Shown here: one piece after another, positions 39,801 through 54,800 of the stretch
How the letters are laid out: each line of letters opens with the position of its first letter
Numbering within the stretch: position 1 is the first letter of the stretch
Assembly: GCA_030688425.1 (NCBI GenBank)
Contig: JAUYIB010000007.1
Location: forward strand, 29,854 to 93,853
Length of the DNA: 64,000 bases
Origin: Candidatus Omnitrophota bacterium
GTDB lineage: Bacteria; Omnitrophota; Gorgyraeia; Zapsychrales; JANLHA01
Direction: 5' to 3'
Made by a program: the position numbers and the translations under genes
Notes under the pieces: generated by a model
The model's database searches: none
The model's input: the letters and a program-made list of their open reading frames with translations, nothing else
What the model was told of the DNA's origin: nothing

Positions 39801-42800
39801 TTCGCCGGCGGCATTATCAGCCCCGATCAATATTCCGCCGGCGGTATTGTTGAGGGCATGAAGACCACACTGGAATATATCTTTTCCGCGATCATCTTGA
39901 GCTATTCTCCCACCTCCCGGGTGGAGGACCCCGCAACGGGCCAGATGGTCGCTAATCCGGATTCAAAAGCTGTCAAAATTTTCAGGGATTGGCTTGGGTT
40001 CACATACCGGCCTATTCTGAAGCGGGCATCCAGGGACGGGAAGACCAATGTTGTTGAGGAATATGTATGCGCCCCGGGCCAGCCTTGCCGCGGCCATACG
40101 GCAGGCAACAAAGACGTCCTTTTCCTCTTCACGAAATTCAGCGGCAAGGGGATGAATAACTATTTCTTTAATTTCGAAGCAGATCAAACGGTTATCGATA
40201 CACCGTGGGTCAATCTTGAGACCGGTGAAATGTATGTGATCAGCGGCGAGTATCAGTCATGGTTCGGGGGGGCGGCTGACGAAACGTTCAAGACAGCCGA
40301 CGGGCAGAGCCACCGGTTCATCGGCGGAGGCGGGGAGGCGGAAACGGCCTGGGACAATGACAGGCACGATAAGAAGATTTCCGGTGTTCCGGAGAATATG
40401 TCGAGTCTGGGCATTGCTTCTTACGGCCACAGCGCGCTTTATTCCGAAGGCGCTGTCGCTTACACGGCTGAGAAAGACGGCGACAGGATCGTCACGTCGG
40501 CCGCATCTTCGACGAATTATGTGGGTTCGGATGGCACGATGAACACGCAATTTTCCCAATTCAACCCCTGGAGCGGAAAGAAACCGACGGGCGACGACAG
40601 CTTCCTTCTTGCGCTGGCGGCCGCCCTGTTTGCGGGCGTGGATCCCGCAACCGGCCGGTTCATCGTGGATCAGGACGCCGTCAACCGGGATCCCGCCGGA
40701 GCGGTTGGGGCGCTTTTTGATCTGGCGAGGGGGCTTTTTCCCGATGATGCTAATTTGGCGTATAAGACCACAGATGAGAATGGTAACACAGTTATTCAAA
40801 CGAGTAACAACCTGGTGCTCGCCCTGATCGAAAACACGACACGCGTCATCGATAAATCCAAGAAGTTCATTCAGGACCGCGGCGAGCCGATTATTTATAG
40901 CGATGAGTCGCAAGGGGTCTATGCCATGGCGGCGCCCGCGGATGCGAATGAGACAGCCGGGATCCTTGCAGAGGCAAAAGGAAAGGGGATGTACGCCTGG
41001 GTGGGGAGCGGGCCGGAGGACGAGGGGAAGATCTTTATTTCCAGCCAAGGTCTCAAAGAATCTGTTAACGAGACGGTCATCACCATTGCCCCAAACACGG
41101 AGCTCGGTAAGGCGCTGTCGAGAGCGGTGAGAGGCGTTGAGGGAACTGAGACCCAGTCCGTGCAGACGACGTGGATGAGGCTGGGGACAGACGGCCTTCC
41201 CGACCGCCGATTTATTATCGCCGATCGGCTTTTGCAGAACTCCTGGGAAACCTTCAAGGATGGCCATGAGGAAGCTCCAGTTTTCATCCCTACCATGAAG
41301 GCGGGGGAACTGGCCCTCAGCGCCGGACTGGGAGAGATCCTGCCGTCCTTGCAGAACACGTTGGATTTGATCAAAAAGGAGCCGGGCAAATCCATCGTTT
41401 TTGAGGGAGAGGGTGATTTGGCCCAGAAGCTGCCGGGAACGAAATTGTCGGTTGAGGCACAAGTCGCGGCCTTGAAGAAATTTAAGGAAGCTGTGGCGGC
41501 GCAGTCCGGGGTCGGAGCTTCGCCGGAGGAATGGCCGGAGGGGGATTACAGCACAGATAAGCTCGTTACGGTTTTGCAGGGTGCGAATTATTCTCCAGAA
41601 AAAATTGCCGAAGCGATGGCCAAGCCGCCGGCCGAGCAGGCGGTGATGATAGCGGAGGTTGATGCGAGCTTCCAACTGGAACCGGCTGACCCGAGAGTGA
41701 AGAATGAAAGGTTGGCGGAGTTCCGCAAGGAAGCGATCGATCAGGTTGTGGCGGATACCAGTGTCAAACAAGGATTCGGCGCGGCCCTCAACGACAATCC
41801 TGATCAGGTGAACCTGAAAGTGGCGGACAAGCCGCTGTTCCTGAATGATTACGGGCAGGCTTATTTTGAGGGACAGACGACAATTCTTGATTCCGAGAAT
41901 AGACCCGTGGTCGTGGGTAATGTTAACACGGTGATCTCGCTCTCCGGCAGCCGGGAAACAAGGGGCGAAGACAGCATCCGCACCGTCTTTACGCTGGCCA
42001 ACCCCAACGGCAACCCGACCGTAGTGAATGAAAACGGAGAGATTGTCGATCTGGGTTCCGGCGTCAAGGCCCAGGGGATTGCCCAGGGCGAAGGGGTTAC
42101 GTTCGGCGATCTGTATCAGGGATATTTCGGCGTCAAGCCCAGCGGCGCAAACACGGTGTATCTTGCCGAGGCTTTTTATACAGTGAAGGAAGGGACAGGC
42201 GAGATCGAGGCAGGCCGGGTGTATTCGAAATACGCCAATGGCAGCATTAATAGAGAGGCCTATGGCCTGGTCACCTCTGGGGCGGAAAAAGGCGACTCGT
42301 TCACCTTTTCCATGGTTGGCGAATATATCAACCGGGCCGGCGAAAAATCCGGAACGGAAGGGGCCAGCGGCTCTTCTGTTGTCAAGGCCGAGATCATTGA
42401 TACGAACGTGCAATTGCTGACCGCCCAGGACGGGGCTGCGGTCCTGCTCGACAACCGTCCGAAAGCGGCCGCTAAAGATGGCCAGGCCAGCACTGGCGGT
42501 AACCAGCCGGGGGCGTATGAGATCCATCCGTTCAGCTTGATGGTCAGGGATTTCAACGCCATGCTCGGGCCGGGCAGTGTCATCGTTTACGGCAGCCAGT
42601 TTGGGCAGAGCCCGCGGTCGGACGATGAAAAGATCAAGAATGCCATCGTCAAGGTCAATGACGACGGCCGGGTGACTTTCTATCTGAACGGCAAAGAAGC
42701 GACGCTGGCTTTCGACGGAAAGATTTTCCACGTCACGCCGCCCACGGCGGTCATCCGCGCCGCCAAACCTACGGCGGCCGGCCAGGCGGCTGTGGCAACG

Positions 42801-45800
42801 GCAGAAGTCATTTTCGGAAAAGACAGCCTGGCCGCCATGGCGTTGACCACGGTTTTGGGCACGGAGTATGTGACCCAGGTGGCCAAGCTCGAGGGTATGT
42901 TGCAGGACGCCGAAGTCCTTCTGGGGGATGCCAGCGGCAGGACGCACAGCGGTCCGTTCGCTGTTATGGTCGAAGACCAGGTGAAAACAAAAGTCAGCGG
43001 CAAGGCATTTTACACGGCGTCTCCGGTAATTGAGCAGACAGCGGTCTCCCTGCTGGGCGGCACGAAAAAGGATCAAATGGTGCTGACCGTTGATCCCGAT
43101 TATATTGCGCCAAACGCCGACGCGAGTAAAGTCCACTCCAGCGGTATTTCCGGGACCGGCAGCCAATTGATCTTCACGGAGCAGGGCACCGTTGAAGGGG
43201 TCTTCAGCGGAGTGGTGAACGCCGTCGGCCCGGCCGTCACTACGGCCCCCAACGCCTGGACCATGGAAGCCGCCCCTGTTACCACGGCCGTCTTCCCTAT
43301 ATTTATGATGATTCCGTTGCTTGGTAAAGTGCAAAATCCGGACGATCAGAAAAAGGACCAGTCCATCCTCGCGAAATCAGGCCAAAAGAAGGAGGGGTAC
43401 GATATTGTTGGTATCTTCGATGAGCTTGATCCGGTCGGGACAGAGACAGTCAATGGTCAGGCATGGAATATCTATGAGGTGGATATCTCTCAAAAATCTT
43501 TTTCAGGACAATTGTTTGCGGGAGAAGCCACCGGCAACAACGCCCAGAATTTTGTCGGGGTTGAGGTTGTTCAGAATGCGGACGGGACCATCACGCATAA
43601 AGCGAAACTCATGCCCCAGGGGAAAGACATCGTTTTCAACAGGGAAGGCGCCGGTCAAGGCCGCGTGACCTATCAGGCTGATCCTTTCCAATACGGCTTT
43701 GGGAGCCGGACCACCGGAGAAGACGGCAGGGAGAAAATCACTTACGCGTCCATGACCCAGTCCCTGGACAGCTTTTATCTTGAGAACCGCCAGGAAAGCA
43801 TGATTACCCCGAACGCGACCAATTCCAACGATCGCGTCGTCAAATTGAATGACGAAGGCGACGTGGCCAGCGTGGATGCCGGCCTTTTCAAGAATTCTCT
43901 GTTTGTCGGCGGCGTGAGAAAGGAAGGGCAGGATGCCGCAGCTCCGCTTGTTAATGCTATTAACGCGTTTTTGCCCGGAGGCGCTCAATTGTCTTTGCCG
44001 GAAGGTCTGGAATTTTCTGTCCCGGTTTCCCAGCAGTTGACCTACATGGGCAACGGCGCCATTTCCATCAAAGACGGTCAGTTAGTGGTCTTGGACGGCA
44101 GCGAGACCATGATCGTTTCTGAAGAGGGGACGAAATCGAGCCTGGTGAACGGCGGGCAGGACATGGTCAAGATGCGCCAGACGCGCGTCGGGTATCAGAA
44201 GGACGGCATCCAGGAATATTCTGTTTTGATCCAGACCGAATATCCGGAAGTCTTGTCGGGCGGGGAAGTCACCGGCAGCAAGGCGAAACTGGTTCTTCCG
44301 GCGGCAGCCGGTTTGATGAGGGAAGTTTCTGCGGAAAGAGATTACACCCAGCCGAATCTCAACAACGCGGACGTTCAGCCGGATTTTGATATCGTGAGGG
44401 GCGATGTGAAGGTTTCCGGATCCGACATCTTGCTGGCCGGCCAGGTGTGGGGCAAAGTGACGCCGTTCTGGTCGCAGGACGGAGACATCGCCAGCAGCTA
44501 CATCAAAGTCCAGTTCGGTCAGGTGGCGGACACCTATAATCCTTTTAACGTTGATATCAAGATCGAGCAGCTGGAAAGTTTCATGAAGGCGGTGGATAAG
44601 ACGTATCGCGGTGGCGCAGCGACCGCAGAGCAGCTGCAGTCCGGCATGAAAGAGGCCGGTTACAAGATTTCAAATGACGACGCGACCAAACTGGCCAAGG
44701 TGTTCAACGAAAGCCGTGCAGCCAACACCCCCGAAGCCAGAGAGGCCTTTAAGCAGGCCAGCCAGCAGGTTCTGAATGACAAGAATGAAAATCCCGCCGC
44801 CCAGGGGCAGGGCCCGCCCGGGGAAGTCGCCCTTGTCGGCCATGTTCCTGGCACGGAGTATAATTTCTTTACCGCCGCCGATCCGAGCCAGTTCCGACCC
44901 ACCGGAGACAGTGCAACGAGTCCAACCCAACCGAATGCCCCCGGGATGGATTCCCAAAGCAATACCAATAGACCTCCCTCAAAGATTGAAGCACCAGCCC
45001 CTCAAGCCGCAGATAATCAAGGCCAAATGGACATGCTCGCCTTGGCCAAGCCGACCGTTTTACCGGAACTTCCTCCCGAATCTCCGGTTCAGCCGGAACA
45101 GCAGCCCGATGCTTCTCAAAGTGAGAAATTATTGCGATCCGCCGCAGACATTTTAAAAAACTGGACAAATTCTATGGGCGCCGCGGCGGGCGACAATCTC
45201 GGCGAACCTTTCCCGGCAGAAAGCGATAGGCCGGCGACGTTGATTTTGGGCAATGTCATTTCCAATCGTGCGGCGTTGAAGCCCAGTGCGGACGGTTCAG
45301 GGGTTGATTCTCTGACCATCCAGGGTGACGGTGTTGTGCCGGAAACCAAGGAAACTTCGGAATTCGCCAAAGCCGCGGAAACCGGCCAGCCGTTTTTGAC
45401 CATGCAGATGGAGAAGGATCCTGCGACGGGCCAGAATGTGTTTCGAATCAACGGCAAGAATGTCGACCCTAAGGTCATGAACGAATTCGCCCAAAGCTTC
45501 TCGGAATATGTTTCCAGCCAATCCAAGGGCGACGTGCAGATCCTTGTTTCTAATGATTCTTCCAGCACAACCGTGATTCCGCAGGCCACGGTCACGGGGG
45601 GTGAACTGGCCATGGCTGGTTCTGCTCCTAATGCCGGCGCGGCCCAGAGCGAGGCGCCGTTGACGCCGGAAAAACAGAAACTCATGAATTTCCTGAACAA
45701 TCCGTCGTCCCAACTGACGCCGGCGGTTCCAATAGCAGCGGGAGAACTCACCGAGGTTCCCGGAGGTTCTCCCTCCAGCATGGGAGCGTCGGACAAGGCC

Positions 45801-48800
45801 AGCCCTGACCAGCAGATTCCCGAAGGTGTGGAGGGCGGCCTGGTGTTCCGTCTCGGCCAGTGGGACGCGAAGCGGGGCCGCAATGTCTTTACCGGTTTTG
45901 TCACGCATGCCCCGGGCGGGATCGGCAGCTATTACGGCATTGACAAAAGCGCCGCAGACACGGCGACCGGGATCCCCACAACGCTTTCTTTCCAGAGCAG
46001 CACCTACTCGGACAGCGTCAAGATCAGTCTCTATCGCAAGGACGCCAACAGCACGGATTCCCGGTTTGTCGGTATTTACATCGATGACAAGGGGCAGAAG
46101 ATTCCGTTCAACATGAAAAATTACGCCGGCCTCGGGGTCATCGAGGGGTTGAAGTATGGCCTGACGGATCTGGCGTCCAACCGCCAGGCGCTGGATGAGA
46201 ATTTTGTTTTTGCCGTTAGTGAATTCGCCAAGATTTTCAACTCCTATGGATTTGCCGGCAGCAAAGACGCCCCGTTCGAGGCATTCCTGCAGGGGATGAA
46301 AAACAAACAGGAGGGGCAGACGCCGTATAACTTCGGCGAGAATTTTGTCAACGCCCTGGTGCAGGCCGAGATGACGCACGCGATTGAGCTGTATAAGAAG
46401 GCCTTGAGCTCCAGGGATATGAAGGAATACAACGCGTATAAGAATAAGAAAATCGACGCGTTAGCTCTTCCTCTTGCTGAAGCTCTGGGTCTGAACAGCA
46501 ATGATCAGCTCAAGACCGAGGTCAAGAACTTGGTCTGGCAGCAGTTGCTCGAGCTGGAAGGCCGGATCAGGATGGGCGGCGCGGACGTTGCCGGCTATGC
46601 GTCTGCAGAAGATTCCGTGAAGCCGGGCCTCCAGGAGTTCCGTAATATCCAGTTCGCGAAGACAGAGAAAGAGATCGGCAGCTTCACGACCTCCGGCAGC
46701 GACGGGAGAGATATTCTCGCGGCCATCCCGAAAGAAGAAATGGCAGAGATCAATAAACTGGCCTTGGCCCAGGATGTCCGAGAGATCGCCGCCCAGGCTG
46801 GGGACGAAACCGCCCGGCAGGCGGTCTTGAATAATCCGTCTTTGTCAGAAGATGGCAAAGTCAATCTTGTTAAAGGGATTTTGGACATCTCATCTCCGGC
46901 CAGCCTTGAAGAAGCAAAGCAAAGGGTTTTGAATGATCCGAGTCTTTCTGCCGATCAGAAGGCTGGCCTGGCAAACAAGTCCCCTGAAGAAGTTGCTTTG
47001 GCTCAGCCGGACCTTTGGTTGAAGAACAGCGCTTCCGCCGCGCAAGTTGCGTTGGTCCGTTCCGACCTCTGGGCCGGCATCGGTACCGCAAAATTGGTTT
47101 TGACAGCCGCGGACGGCAGCCCGATCCGCCGCAATCAGACCGATACGAATATGATGGGCGATCTGGCCCTGGTGACGAAGAACGACGAAGGCAAATATGT
47201 GTATCTCAACGATCAGGGCGAAAAAGTCGTGACCGAAACCCTGCCAGCCAACGCCCAGGCCCTGATGTTTTATAATCCGCAGAAAAAATTGAACGGCGCG
47301 CAGACAGGCGAAGGGTTCATCAACTGGCAGTTTGCCGGCGGCGAGGCGCGCGTCCTGAAGGACGGCGTTGACGGCGGAGTCTGGGGCCCGGCCAACTGGA
47401 CGTTCGTGGAAGGCCCGGACGGCAATGCCCTGACAGAAACAAAGACCGGCTTGATTCTGGTGAACGAAAAAGGAACGCCGGTCCTGCAGAACGGTCAATT
47501 TGTTCATCTGACCAAACGCGACGATGGAAACTTTGTGGACGCTGAAGGTAACGTGGTCCCTGGAAATGGCTTTGTCGGGCCGTTGCAGCCCGGCCAGGCT
47601 CTGGCGAAAGTTGCGCCGCTGGGTATTTATTTGACGGGCGCCCAGCAGGGTGTCAGCACGGCGGCGCTGTCTGACGGGTCGGGGTGGAACGAAAACGCCG
47701 GCATCGGGCAGAAGATCCGGTTCAACGACCAGGGCGCCTGGAATCTGCTGTTGGAAAACGGCCGCGTGGTCTTACCGGGCGACTATTCGACAATGAATAA
47801 GGTTGGTGATGCTGGCGCCTTGGGCACGGGTCTCGGGTTCTTCTCCCCGAACACTCCTCAAGGGAAGGGCGGCGCCAATCAAGAGCCAAAACTCTCTTTA
47901 ACGCCCCATGTCGCCAAGGACGGGATTCTTGATAACGGGAATATTGTCGCTGCGTTGGGCCAGGGCATCGCCAACGGCGGCAAAGATTCCACCGCCGGCC
48001 TTGAGTTCGTCGGCCTGAACATGGTCAGGGGACGGGCCCAGTTCGCTTCGACCCTCGGCCAGCAGGGTGTTTCGATCTCTGCGGATCAGAACGAAGTCAA
48101 CGCGGCGAGAAGGTGGCTGACCACCTTAGGCCAGGGCGGCGGCGAAGAGTTGACGATGATGGCCACCGGCCAGAAATTGATTATCATGCCGACCCTGCCG
48201 GTTCTGGAAAGGAAGATCAATCAGATCCGCGCGGCCAAGACGGACGGCGTTGTGGTGGATACGGATACTCAGAGGATGGGTGTGGTTTCCAAGAAAGATT
48301 TTAACGCTGCTCCGGACGCCAAGCTTGGGTTCAAAACGCCTGTCAGAAGCGGGCAGTTGATCGTTCAGGGGACAGTTAAAGGCGAAGATGGCAAGAATAA
48401 AATCGTATTCAAAGTGATCGACGCCGAACGGCTTATGGGCGCTCCGGAGAAGTGGATCCAGGGGACATTTCTGAATCCCAAGTCGGGGAAAACGGAAATT
48501 GTTTATGTCAGGGCCTCGGATTGGGAACAGCGCAATTTGACCGACAGATTGAACATTCCCTACCAGGGGGAATACGGCGGGTTCCGGCACACGCATGCGC
48601 TGGTGACCATCGCGGGGCTCAGCAAGCAGTTTGAGCTGGAAGAAATGAAGGCCGAGTTGGTTTCCGAGGGCGGTATCCGTGCCGGCATGCGCGTTGACCA
48701 GCTGTTATATGCCGCGGAAGACGATGTCACGGGATCGGACAATATCGACATGTATTTAACGGATGCGAAAGGGCACAGGGTCGCCGGAACAAAAGTGTCC

Positions 48801-51800
48801 GTGGATATTGGCGAGATCAAGCTGGGCACGACCGACGCCGAAGTCGCGTTTAACGGGCACCAGGTCGAGCTCGCCAGGGGGGTCTCGCTGGAAGATGTCC
48901 TGGCTGGGCGCGAGGCAACTCAGGCAGAATGGGAGAGGGGCTTTGAAGTTTCCTGGTATCAGAAGCTGTGGAGGAGCGACAACAGAATCGTGCGTGTGCC
49001 CGTGGCCGATGAGAGCGGGAATGTGTCCTATCTTTACCGCGAAGTTGATGACGGGACATTCGAGGGAAAAATCAAAGGCGAGCCCATCGAGATCTCTTCT
49101 TTGGATTATTTTGGCGAGAACGCCAATGTGAGGCTGGCAAATGAGTCGGCCGCGGTCGGGTTCTGGGGCCACCTGTTTGACAGCTTTGACACCGACCGGA
49201 ATGACGACAACATGGTCGCGGCCAGTTTTGACGCCGGAGGCAATGCTCATGTTGGGATCATCGATTTTGAGCCGACCCTGCTCGGCCATCTGGTCACCGA
49301 TGAATATGCGGACTCCAAGACCGGCGATGTGGTTGTCGCCCGCGGGGTTCTGAACAGAGATGACGGCGTGAAGGAATTCTTCAAGACCGGCGATTCCGCG
49401 GACACGATGGCCACATGGATCGGATCGATCGACGCGATCACCGCCCCGATCACCGTGGCGCTGGCGCTGACCGGCGTGGGTAACCTCGCCAACGCCGGCA
49501 AGGAAGGGGCGAAGCAGGCGGGGATCCGCATGGCGACCGAAATGGTCAAACGAAAGCTTGCCACCGACGCAGCCAAGATCCTTTTGAGCGAGACAGGAAA
49601 AGCGGTTGGGAGAGTGGGCTTGAACTATGCGAAAAATTATTTGGTCATTTCCGGCGTTTCCCTGGGGCTGGAAGAAGCGATCACCTACCATTATACCGGC
49701 GGCCTGATGTCCTCCGACAACGTGGTCCGCAGTCTTTTGTTGTCCCACGGGTTCACGGCGGCGGCCCGCGGCCTTAAGACCGTGGCCCTGGCGGAGCAAT
49801 TGAAAACATTGCAGGCCGCTGCACAGACCTCGAAGTTTTTTAACACCCCGGCCCGCGCGGCGGCTTCGAGCTTGGCGATCACGACCGCGGCGACAACCGG
49901 TGTATCCATCGCGGGAGAGATTGTTTCCAAGGGGGGCTGGGACAGGGCGGATGTTAAAACGGCCGCGATCCGCGGCGCCTTGTTGGGGCCGGTTGTTTTC
50001 AGCTCCATTTACGGCGGCAGCAAGCTGGTCGCATTTTCAGGCGGCGGGATCGCGGATTACGGCAAGCTGGCGCTACAAACGGCTGTGTTGCCGGGGGTGA
50101 CGTATGGCGCGTACGGATTTGGAACATCCATCGCGGATGACGTTCAAGCCGGGCGCGAGATCAGCTTTGCCGACGCGGCTTTTAAAGGCGGTAAATACGG
50201 GCTCTGGGCGATGGGGGTCGGCGCAGGGTTGACTCTCGGTTCTCGAGGGGTTCTTGCTTTCAGCAAGAGCGGAAAAAGCCTGGTTGCAGTTGCCAAGACC
50301 GTGAAAACCCCGGCCATGCAGCCGTACAATTCTCTTACATCCGCGCAGAAGTTCGCATATGTGCGCAATGTTATTTTATGGCGGGCAGCGGGAGGGGGGG
50401 CAGGATTGGCGGCAGGGAATGCTTACAGTCTTGCGACTCGCGGGGATTTTCTCCCGACCGACGCGAATATTGCCGCTTTTGCGGCCGGCGCGATTTTCAT
50501 TAAACTCCGCAACCCCAAACAATATTTTGCCGCTGGCATTCAAAGATTGGGCGGCGTCACGGTTGCTGGTGAAGGTGCGGCGGCAAGCAAAATTCCGATT
50601 TTGGCCATTCCCAAAATGGTTTCGCACGGCGCCACCGGTTTCGCCGGCGCCGGCGTTCTTTGGGAGGGGACCAAGGGTGTTATCGGTGGCGTTGCCCGCT
50701 ATATCGACGGAGATCCCGGGATGTATTCCAAGGCCGAGCAGTTCGATTCCAAATTCCAGTTGATGAGCACGTATGCCAACACTATCGGTGGAGGCATGAG
50801 TGCAGGTCTTTGGATGGGGCCGCTCATCGGGTTCGCCATGGCCGGCGCAAAGACGCACTTCGGAAATCTTGTTATGGAGAACCAGGGTTTTGTAGGCACT
50901 ACCTCATTGGTGATCAGGGCGGCCCGCAACGGATTCCGGCCCGGCACGGTGGAGAAGCTCGCCACGCAATATACCAAGACAAATTCCAGCAACTGGCTGC
51001 ACAAAGCTTTGGGGCTGACCAAAACAGCCGCCGGAGAACTGGAAGGAAATTATTTGGCCAAGCAGGTGGCCATGGTCGATCACCTGGCGGTTTTCCTGGG
51101 AGCGACCGATATCCTGAACGCGGTTAATTCCGATGCCCTGACAGCCCTGGCCCTGGAAGATCCGGAGATGGCTAAGAAGATTTCCGGGGACCATCATCCT
51201 TTGAGTCAGAAGGGTCAGGAAGAGATTATGAAGACGGCCGGTGAGATCGCCCTCTGGGAAGCCATCGTGCTCCTGCCCCAGCCGGGCGGCTGGCCGCAGG
51301 CCAAAGGCCCAAGAGCTCCGCCGGAATTGGGTTATCACGATGGTCCCGGTTATCACGATGGCCCCGGCTATCATGGTTCCGGTGAAGGAAAGGGCCAACC
51401 GCGCACTTTCCGCGACGCGTTTGGTTATTTTCGTGAAGGTGAAGACTCCTTTGCATACCGGGAAAGACGTTCTCCCACCCTTTTGCAGGACCCTCAAGCC
51501 CAGCTTGATCCTAAAAAAGAAATTGACCGTTATCTTGGCACGTTGCCTGAAGGCGAAAGGGCGGAGCTGGATAGCTATAGCCAGCAGGCAGGACCAATGC
51601 ATCCTGATACGGAAGCGGTTGTTGCCGTGCCTGTGGCCGGCCATCAGGAGGCCAAGAACATTTACCGCACACTTTCCAATTTTGCCGATCAGCGCGATTC
51701 CCGCGGCAGCAGGATCAATCCCAACTCATTTGAGATCCTGCTTTTTGTCAACCATCCGGAAGGGACCAGCGCCGAGGCGACATTGGCGGAGGTCGCCAGA

Positions 51801-54800
51801 TTCAAACAGGATAATCCGAATGTGAACGTCCGCGTCGTGCATCAGACATTCGGCGCGGGGGAATTCACGATCGGCCGTGTGAGAAAATCAACCACCGACC
51901 TGGTTTTGAAGAGATCTCAGGAGCGCCCGGAAGGATCTGACAAAGAGGTCGTTATTATCAGCAATGACGCGGATATGAAGTCGATGTCCCCGATCTATAT
52001 CAGTTCCGTTGTGGAAGCGTTTAAGGCCAATCCTCGGGCCGATGCCATGCTCGGCAAGATTGATTGGGACAATGCCGCTTATGAGAAGAGTCCGTTTGTG
52101 CACATCGGGACCAGGATGTTCCAATATTTGGATGCCATTTATCGCGGAAAACACAAGAGGATTGGATCCAGCGGCGCCAACTATGCTTTCCGTGGATCGA
52201 CGTATTCAGCGGTCGGGGGTTATTTTAGGTCTGATCGCATCACAGAAGACGTCAGATTGGGTGAGTTGTTCAGATCGGCAAGAGGAGGGAACCGGGACTC
52301 TTATAGAGGAAGATTCCTGTATGGCAGCGCCAAAATGGAAATTCAGACAGATGCCCGCCGCGCCATGGATGCGGTCGCGCGGGGCCTTTCTCCGGCAGAG
52401 CAGTGGAGCGGGGGAAACTTCGGCGCCAACGATGCCTTGAGAATGAAGGACTGGCTTGCCGGCGAAGGTTTTGATTTGGCCCAAATCAGGACCCCCGCCT
52501 TTAGGGCTAAACTGCAGGATATGTTCCGGAGGACTTTGTATGAATATCATCCCAATTTCGGGCCGGCTGAGAGACGGGTTCTCGGATTCATGGGCATTGA
52601 ATACACCCTCGAAAAAGCGTCGAGAGTATCGCCTGAAGGACAGAATGCTGTTAAGCAGCGGATTGCAGAGCTGGATGCTCAACGCCTCGCAGCCTTAGAA
52701 AAGGGGAATACGGAGGGCGCCGGAAAGATTGAAGGGCAGATCAGTGATCTGAGTAATATTGTAAAAAGGATGCAGGAGGTCACCACCCTCCCCGTCTTTA
52801 CTGATGTTTCGAAATTGGCCGCCGGGTTGGAAGGTTGGCATCAGGCCCGCGGCAATAAACCGGCCTCGCCTGAGAGAGGTCCGGCTCCGTCCACCGGCCC
52901 GCCGTCCGGCAAGGGCGGCCGCGAGACCCAAGGCTTTGCCTTCGACAACGGCCAGCAGAAGACCACCCGTTTTGCGGAGGGCAACGGCGAGACCTGGCAG
53001 GGCGTTGTGGACGGGCATACGCAGGGTCTGGATGCCAGTATCCATGCCGGACTGAAGAACGGCACCATCCAGCGCCGGACCGTGACCTATCAGGGCTCGA
53101 AATACCGGACGTATGAATTTTTTGACGTGAAGACCGGCGAAGTGAAGCTCCGCATCTTCCGCGGCAACGGCGTGAACCGTTATGAATATGTTGACCCGTC
53201 CGCGGAAACGACCATGGGCCGCAAGGGCGGCGGGTATGTGTCCCTGGCGCCGAGGGATGCTATCGGGACCCGTCAGGGCAAGGACAAGATCGTCATTGTC
53301 CATGACGGCAGTGAAGCGGTCCGTAACCATGAGATGACCGAAGCCCGCGTCATTCTCCAGCAGAGATCTTTCCGGGACGGCCGCATGAGAGCGTCTTCCG
53401 CCGAGCACGCCCGCAATCTTACCGAAAAAGATTCTCACGATTATGTCGCTGATGTGGTCGGTTTCCGCGGCGAGGAAACGTCCAGATTCTCGGGGATGTT
53501 GAGGCCTGTTGAACCGGCGATGTCCGGCCCGCGGATGGAACGCGTCCAGCCGCCTGCCATGGCCCCCCCTGTGGAAGCGCCGCTGTTCCGTCTGCCTACC
53601 ACGAACGCCCCGCTGTTACCTCCCGGCCTTTCCCGCGGCAGGGCTTCCGAAGGCCGCGAGGTCATCGCCTTCGCGAGCGACAATTTTGACAGCAAGAAAG
53701 AACCCACTAAAGACCGAGCCGATCGCTTGGCGAAAGCCGCGAAGGACCTCTATGCGGGGAAACCGATCCAAGATGCTGGTCTGTCTCCGAAAGAAACGAA
53801 ATATGCCAAAGAAATTCATTCTATTATGCGAACTATGGAGGCGGAGGGAGATGGTAAAGGCGGATCGATATCTCTCAAAGGAAGAGACGAGCAGGTATTC
53901 AACATCGCTTCGTTTTATGTTACAGCAAAGGAAACCGGCAAGATTACCGTCTCCAGCGACACGGGTTCTGGTAAGTCCGAAGCGGCCTTGGGTGTTATCA
54001 AACATTTCCAAAGAAGTGATCCGGATTTGACCATTGTGGCGGCTTTTCCGCAGAAAGTGGTCGGCGAAGTTGTCGGCCGTGCGGACATGGCCGGCGCCAA
54101 TGATGGAAGGGTCAACAAAAAATTCGAGAAAGGCAAAATCAATGTTACGTCTCTCGACGGAGTCTTCGAAGTTTTGCATGAAACGGTGCGGACCGGCGAG
54201 AAGCTCGATTCCAGACGAACCATCCTGCTGGTTGATGAAACGGATAAACTGTTCCGTCATTCTTCTCATGTTACAGGTAGCCGGGAAGAGGGAAGCGCAC
54301 TGTTAGAGTTGCAGAAGGAAGGGAATCCGCAGGCGACCCGGGCTGTTGAATCGTTGGATCGCAACATGCGGCAGTTTCAGCAGGCGAATCAGTCACTGGA
54401 AGAAATGGTCGCGGAAAAAGGATTGCATCAGGTTTTAGTCAATGACGGTTTTAACGTAACGTTCAAGTCGGAATCGGGACGCAAGGAGTTTCTCCAAAGA
54501 TTCCGCTCGAGATTGAGTGGGGAGCAGGAGGCGGTTCCAGAGGCGGAGTTGCTGAAGAGGGCAGATGCGCTTGCCAAAGAGGTTTGGGAGGGGATGTATC
54601 CGGGGCAAAAGCCCGATGCCAATTCTCAGAACGGATTCGTTTTGTATAAGGAGGGAGGGTTTACAGCGCCTAATACTATTCCTTCCGACAGAACAGCCGC
54701 TCAGGCAAAAGTGGTCAGGTCAGGCGGGACATTGGAACATTTTATCAATGCCACTATGTCTGAGACCCGTAATCCGACCACAGCTCATGATGTAGTTAAT

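Noticed and set aside
40257-43334. 1,025-aa minus-strand ORF, the largest closed ORF in the track for this region
   Set aside because: Its translation is Arg/Gly/His/Pro-rich low complexity with no motifs. It lies antisense to the motif-bearing giant plus-strand frame, so it is a typical shadow ORF.
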